From Terrimicrobiaceae bacterium (lineage in GTDB: Bacteria > Verrucomicrobiota > Verrucomicrobiia > Chthoniobacterales > Terrimicrobiaceae): 64,000 nt of DNA. Location of the stretch: the NCBI GenBank assembly GCA_041752695.1, contig JBGSVZ010000016.1, positions 1-64,000 on the forward strand, read 5' to 3'. Position numbers and translations under genes: made by a program. This document shows positions 63,028 to 64,000 of this stretch, piece after piece (within the stretch, counting starts at the first letter, position 1; every line of letters begins with the position of its first letter). A model generated the notes under the pieces. The model was not told the DNA's origin, made no database searches, and saw only the letters and a list, made by a program, of their open reading frames with translations.

Positions 63028-63930
63028 TTAGACGCGATTGGCCTCCTCGTCCACTGCGGGCGCGGGAACAAGCACGTTGAGTTTGCGCGACGAGAAGCCC
63101 AACTCGCAGGGAAGGGCTCCGGAGAGTTCCCCGTCGAGCTCCATCGGCACGTATTCGCGACTCATCAATCGCAGGCCCCGGGTTTGAAAATATTCCACGT
63201 CGGGGAGGCCGGGATGATTGCCGAAGGCAATGGCCTGAAAATACCGGATGAGGTCCCAATGACTTTGATTTTTGAAAACCAGGACATCGAGCAGCCCGTC
63301 GTCCAATTTGGCATCTTTGAAAAGCACGAAGGGTCCCCCGTATAACCGTCCGTTCCCCACCAGGACAAAGCTGCCCTCCCGCGGGGGACCGTCCACAGGG
63401 TCCAGGTGGACAATGGGCGGTTTGCGTGCCGCCACCTGCGCCAACGTGATCAAATAGCTCATCGGGCCCAGTGCCTTTTTGGAGTCTGGAGTGGTGCGTT
63501 GTACCACCTCGGCATCGAGGCCGGCACCGGCCAGTTGCACAAAATACTCTCCTCCCGCCCGGGGCAGGTCGACGGGCCGGACAAATCCGCCGTCGATAAT
63601 CCGCCAGGCAGCGGGCAGGTCGTTTTGCGGGATTCCCAGTTCGGTGGCGAAGACGTTCATGGTTCCCACCGGGAGGATGCCGAATTTTACTTCGGCCCCG
63701 GCAATGCCGTTCACCACTTCGTTGACGGTACCGTCCCCGCCGGCCGCCACGATGGTGGTGTACCCGTCTTCCACGGCCCGGGCGGCCATGGTTCTCGCGT
63801 CCCCCGGGGATGAGGTGGTCTGCACCACCGCCCTCAGGGAAAACGCCTTGATTTTGTCGCGTTGGGCATTGGCCCGCTCCCCGCGTGCCGCGGGATTTAA
63901 GATGACGAGGATTTTTTGATTTTTCTTCAC
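63028..63930 (-). CDS. Diacylglycerol-kinase-family lipid kinase (YegS/DagK-like)
   Basis: NPAA, AGGDGTVNEV, PVGTMN, GNGRLYGG, DDGLLD, LDGE. Confidence 0.93.
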   Translation of the reverse strand: MKKNQKILVILNPAARGERANAQRDKIKAFSLRAVVQTTSSPGDARTMAARAVEDGYTTIVAAGGDGTVNEVVNGIAGAEVKFGILPVGTMNVFATELGIPQNDLPAAWRIIDGGFVRPVDLPRAGGEYFVQLAGAGLDAEVVQRTTPDSKKALGPMSYLITLAQVAARKPPIVHLDPVDGPPREGSFVLVGNGRLYGGPFVLFKDAKLDDGLLDVLVFKNQSHWDLIRYFQAIAFGNHPGLPDVEYFQTRGLRLMSREYVPMELDGELSGALPCELGFSSRKLNVLVPAPAVDEEANRV

Positions 63931-64000
63931 ACTTCACTTTCTGCCGAACTCGCGTACCTTCCCGGGGTGCCCAAATTAGCCAAGCGATTTTTCGTAGCAG

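Noticed and set aside
62339..63937. 532-aa ORF as a rhomboid with a long N-terminal fusion
   Set aside because: The first ~306 codons are an alternative frame of the lipid-kinase gene (Arg/Gly-rich, non-protein-like). The rhomboid starts at 63019.

Overview
64 kb of GC-rich bacterial chromosome, very probably a free-living Verrucomicrobiota (Spartobacteria/Chthoniobacterales-like). The lineage is inferred from a PEP-CTERM protein, a Verru_Chthon-type pseudopilin cassette and an Amuc_1098-1102-like pilus locus. Bases ~100-25250 form an accessory glycan-utilisation cluster with no SusC/SusD or ABC transporter inside the window. It contains a PEP-CTERM beta-strand-repeat protein, a PocR-AraC regulator, an FAD oxidoreductase, four prepilin-type genes, three multidomain GH16 enzymes, a CE2-like esterase, a Gfo/Idh/MocA plus TIM-barrel pair (the TIM-barrel gene has an in-frame stop), a CBM-like secreted protein, two GH1 enzymes, a ROK kinase and an SIS isomerase. 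Bases ~25300-49400 are mostly housekeeping or envelope genes (rnhA, metF, PLD, chromate-transporter pair, GT-C membrane proteins, pdxJ, bioF, tRNA-Leu, trpD, aroD, WcaJ-like transferase, UDP-GlcA decarboxylase). Among them is an MNT-HEPN module bracketed by a 33-bp imperfect direct repeat. Bases ~49400-59000 hold the pilus/secretion locus with two tandem secretin paralogues, followed by coaE, a Rho with a degenerate RNA-binding motif, a GT-C protein, a rhomboid protease and a lipid kinase. No CRISPR array, rRNA, transposase or integrase was seen. All family calls come from reading motifs by eye, not from database searches.
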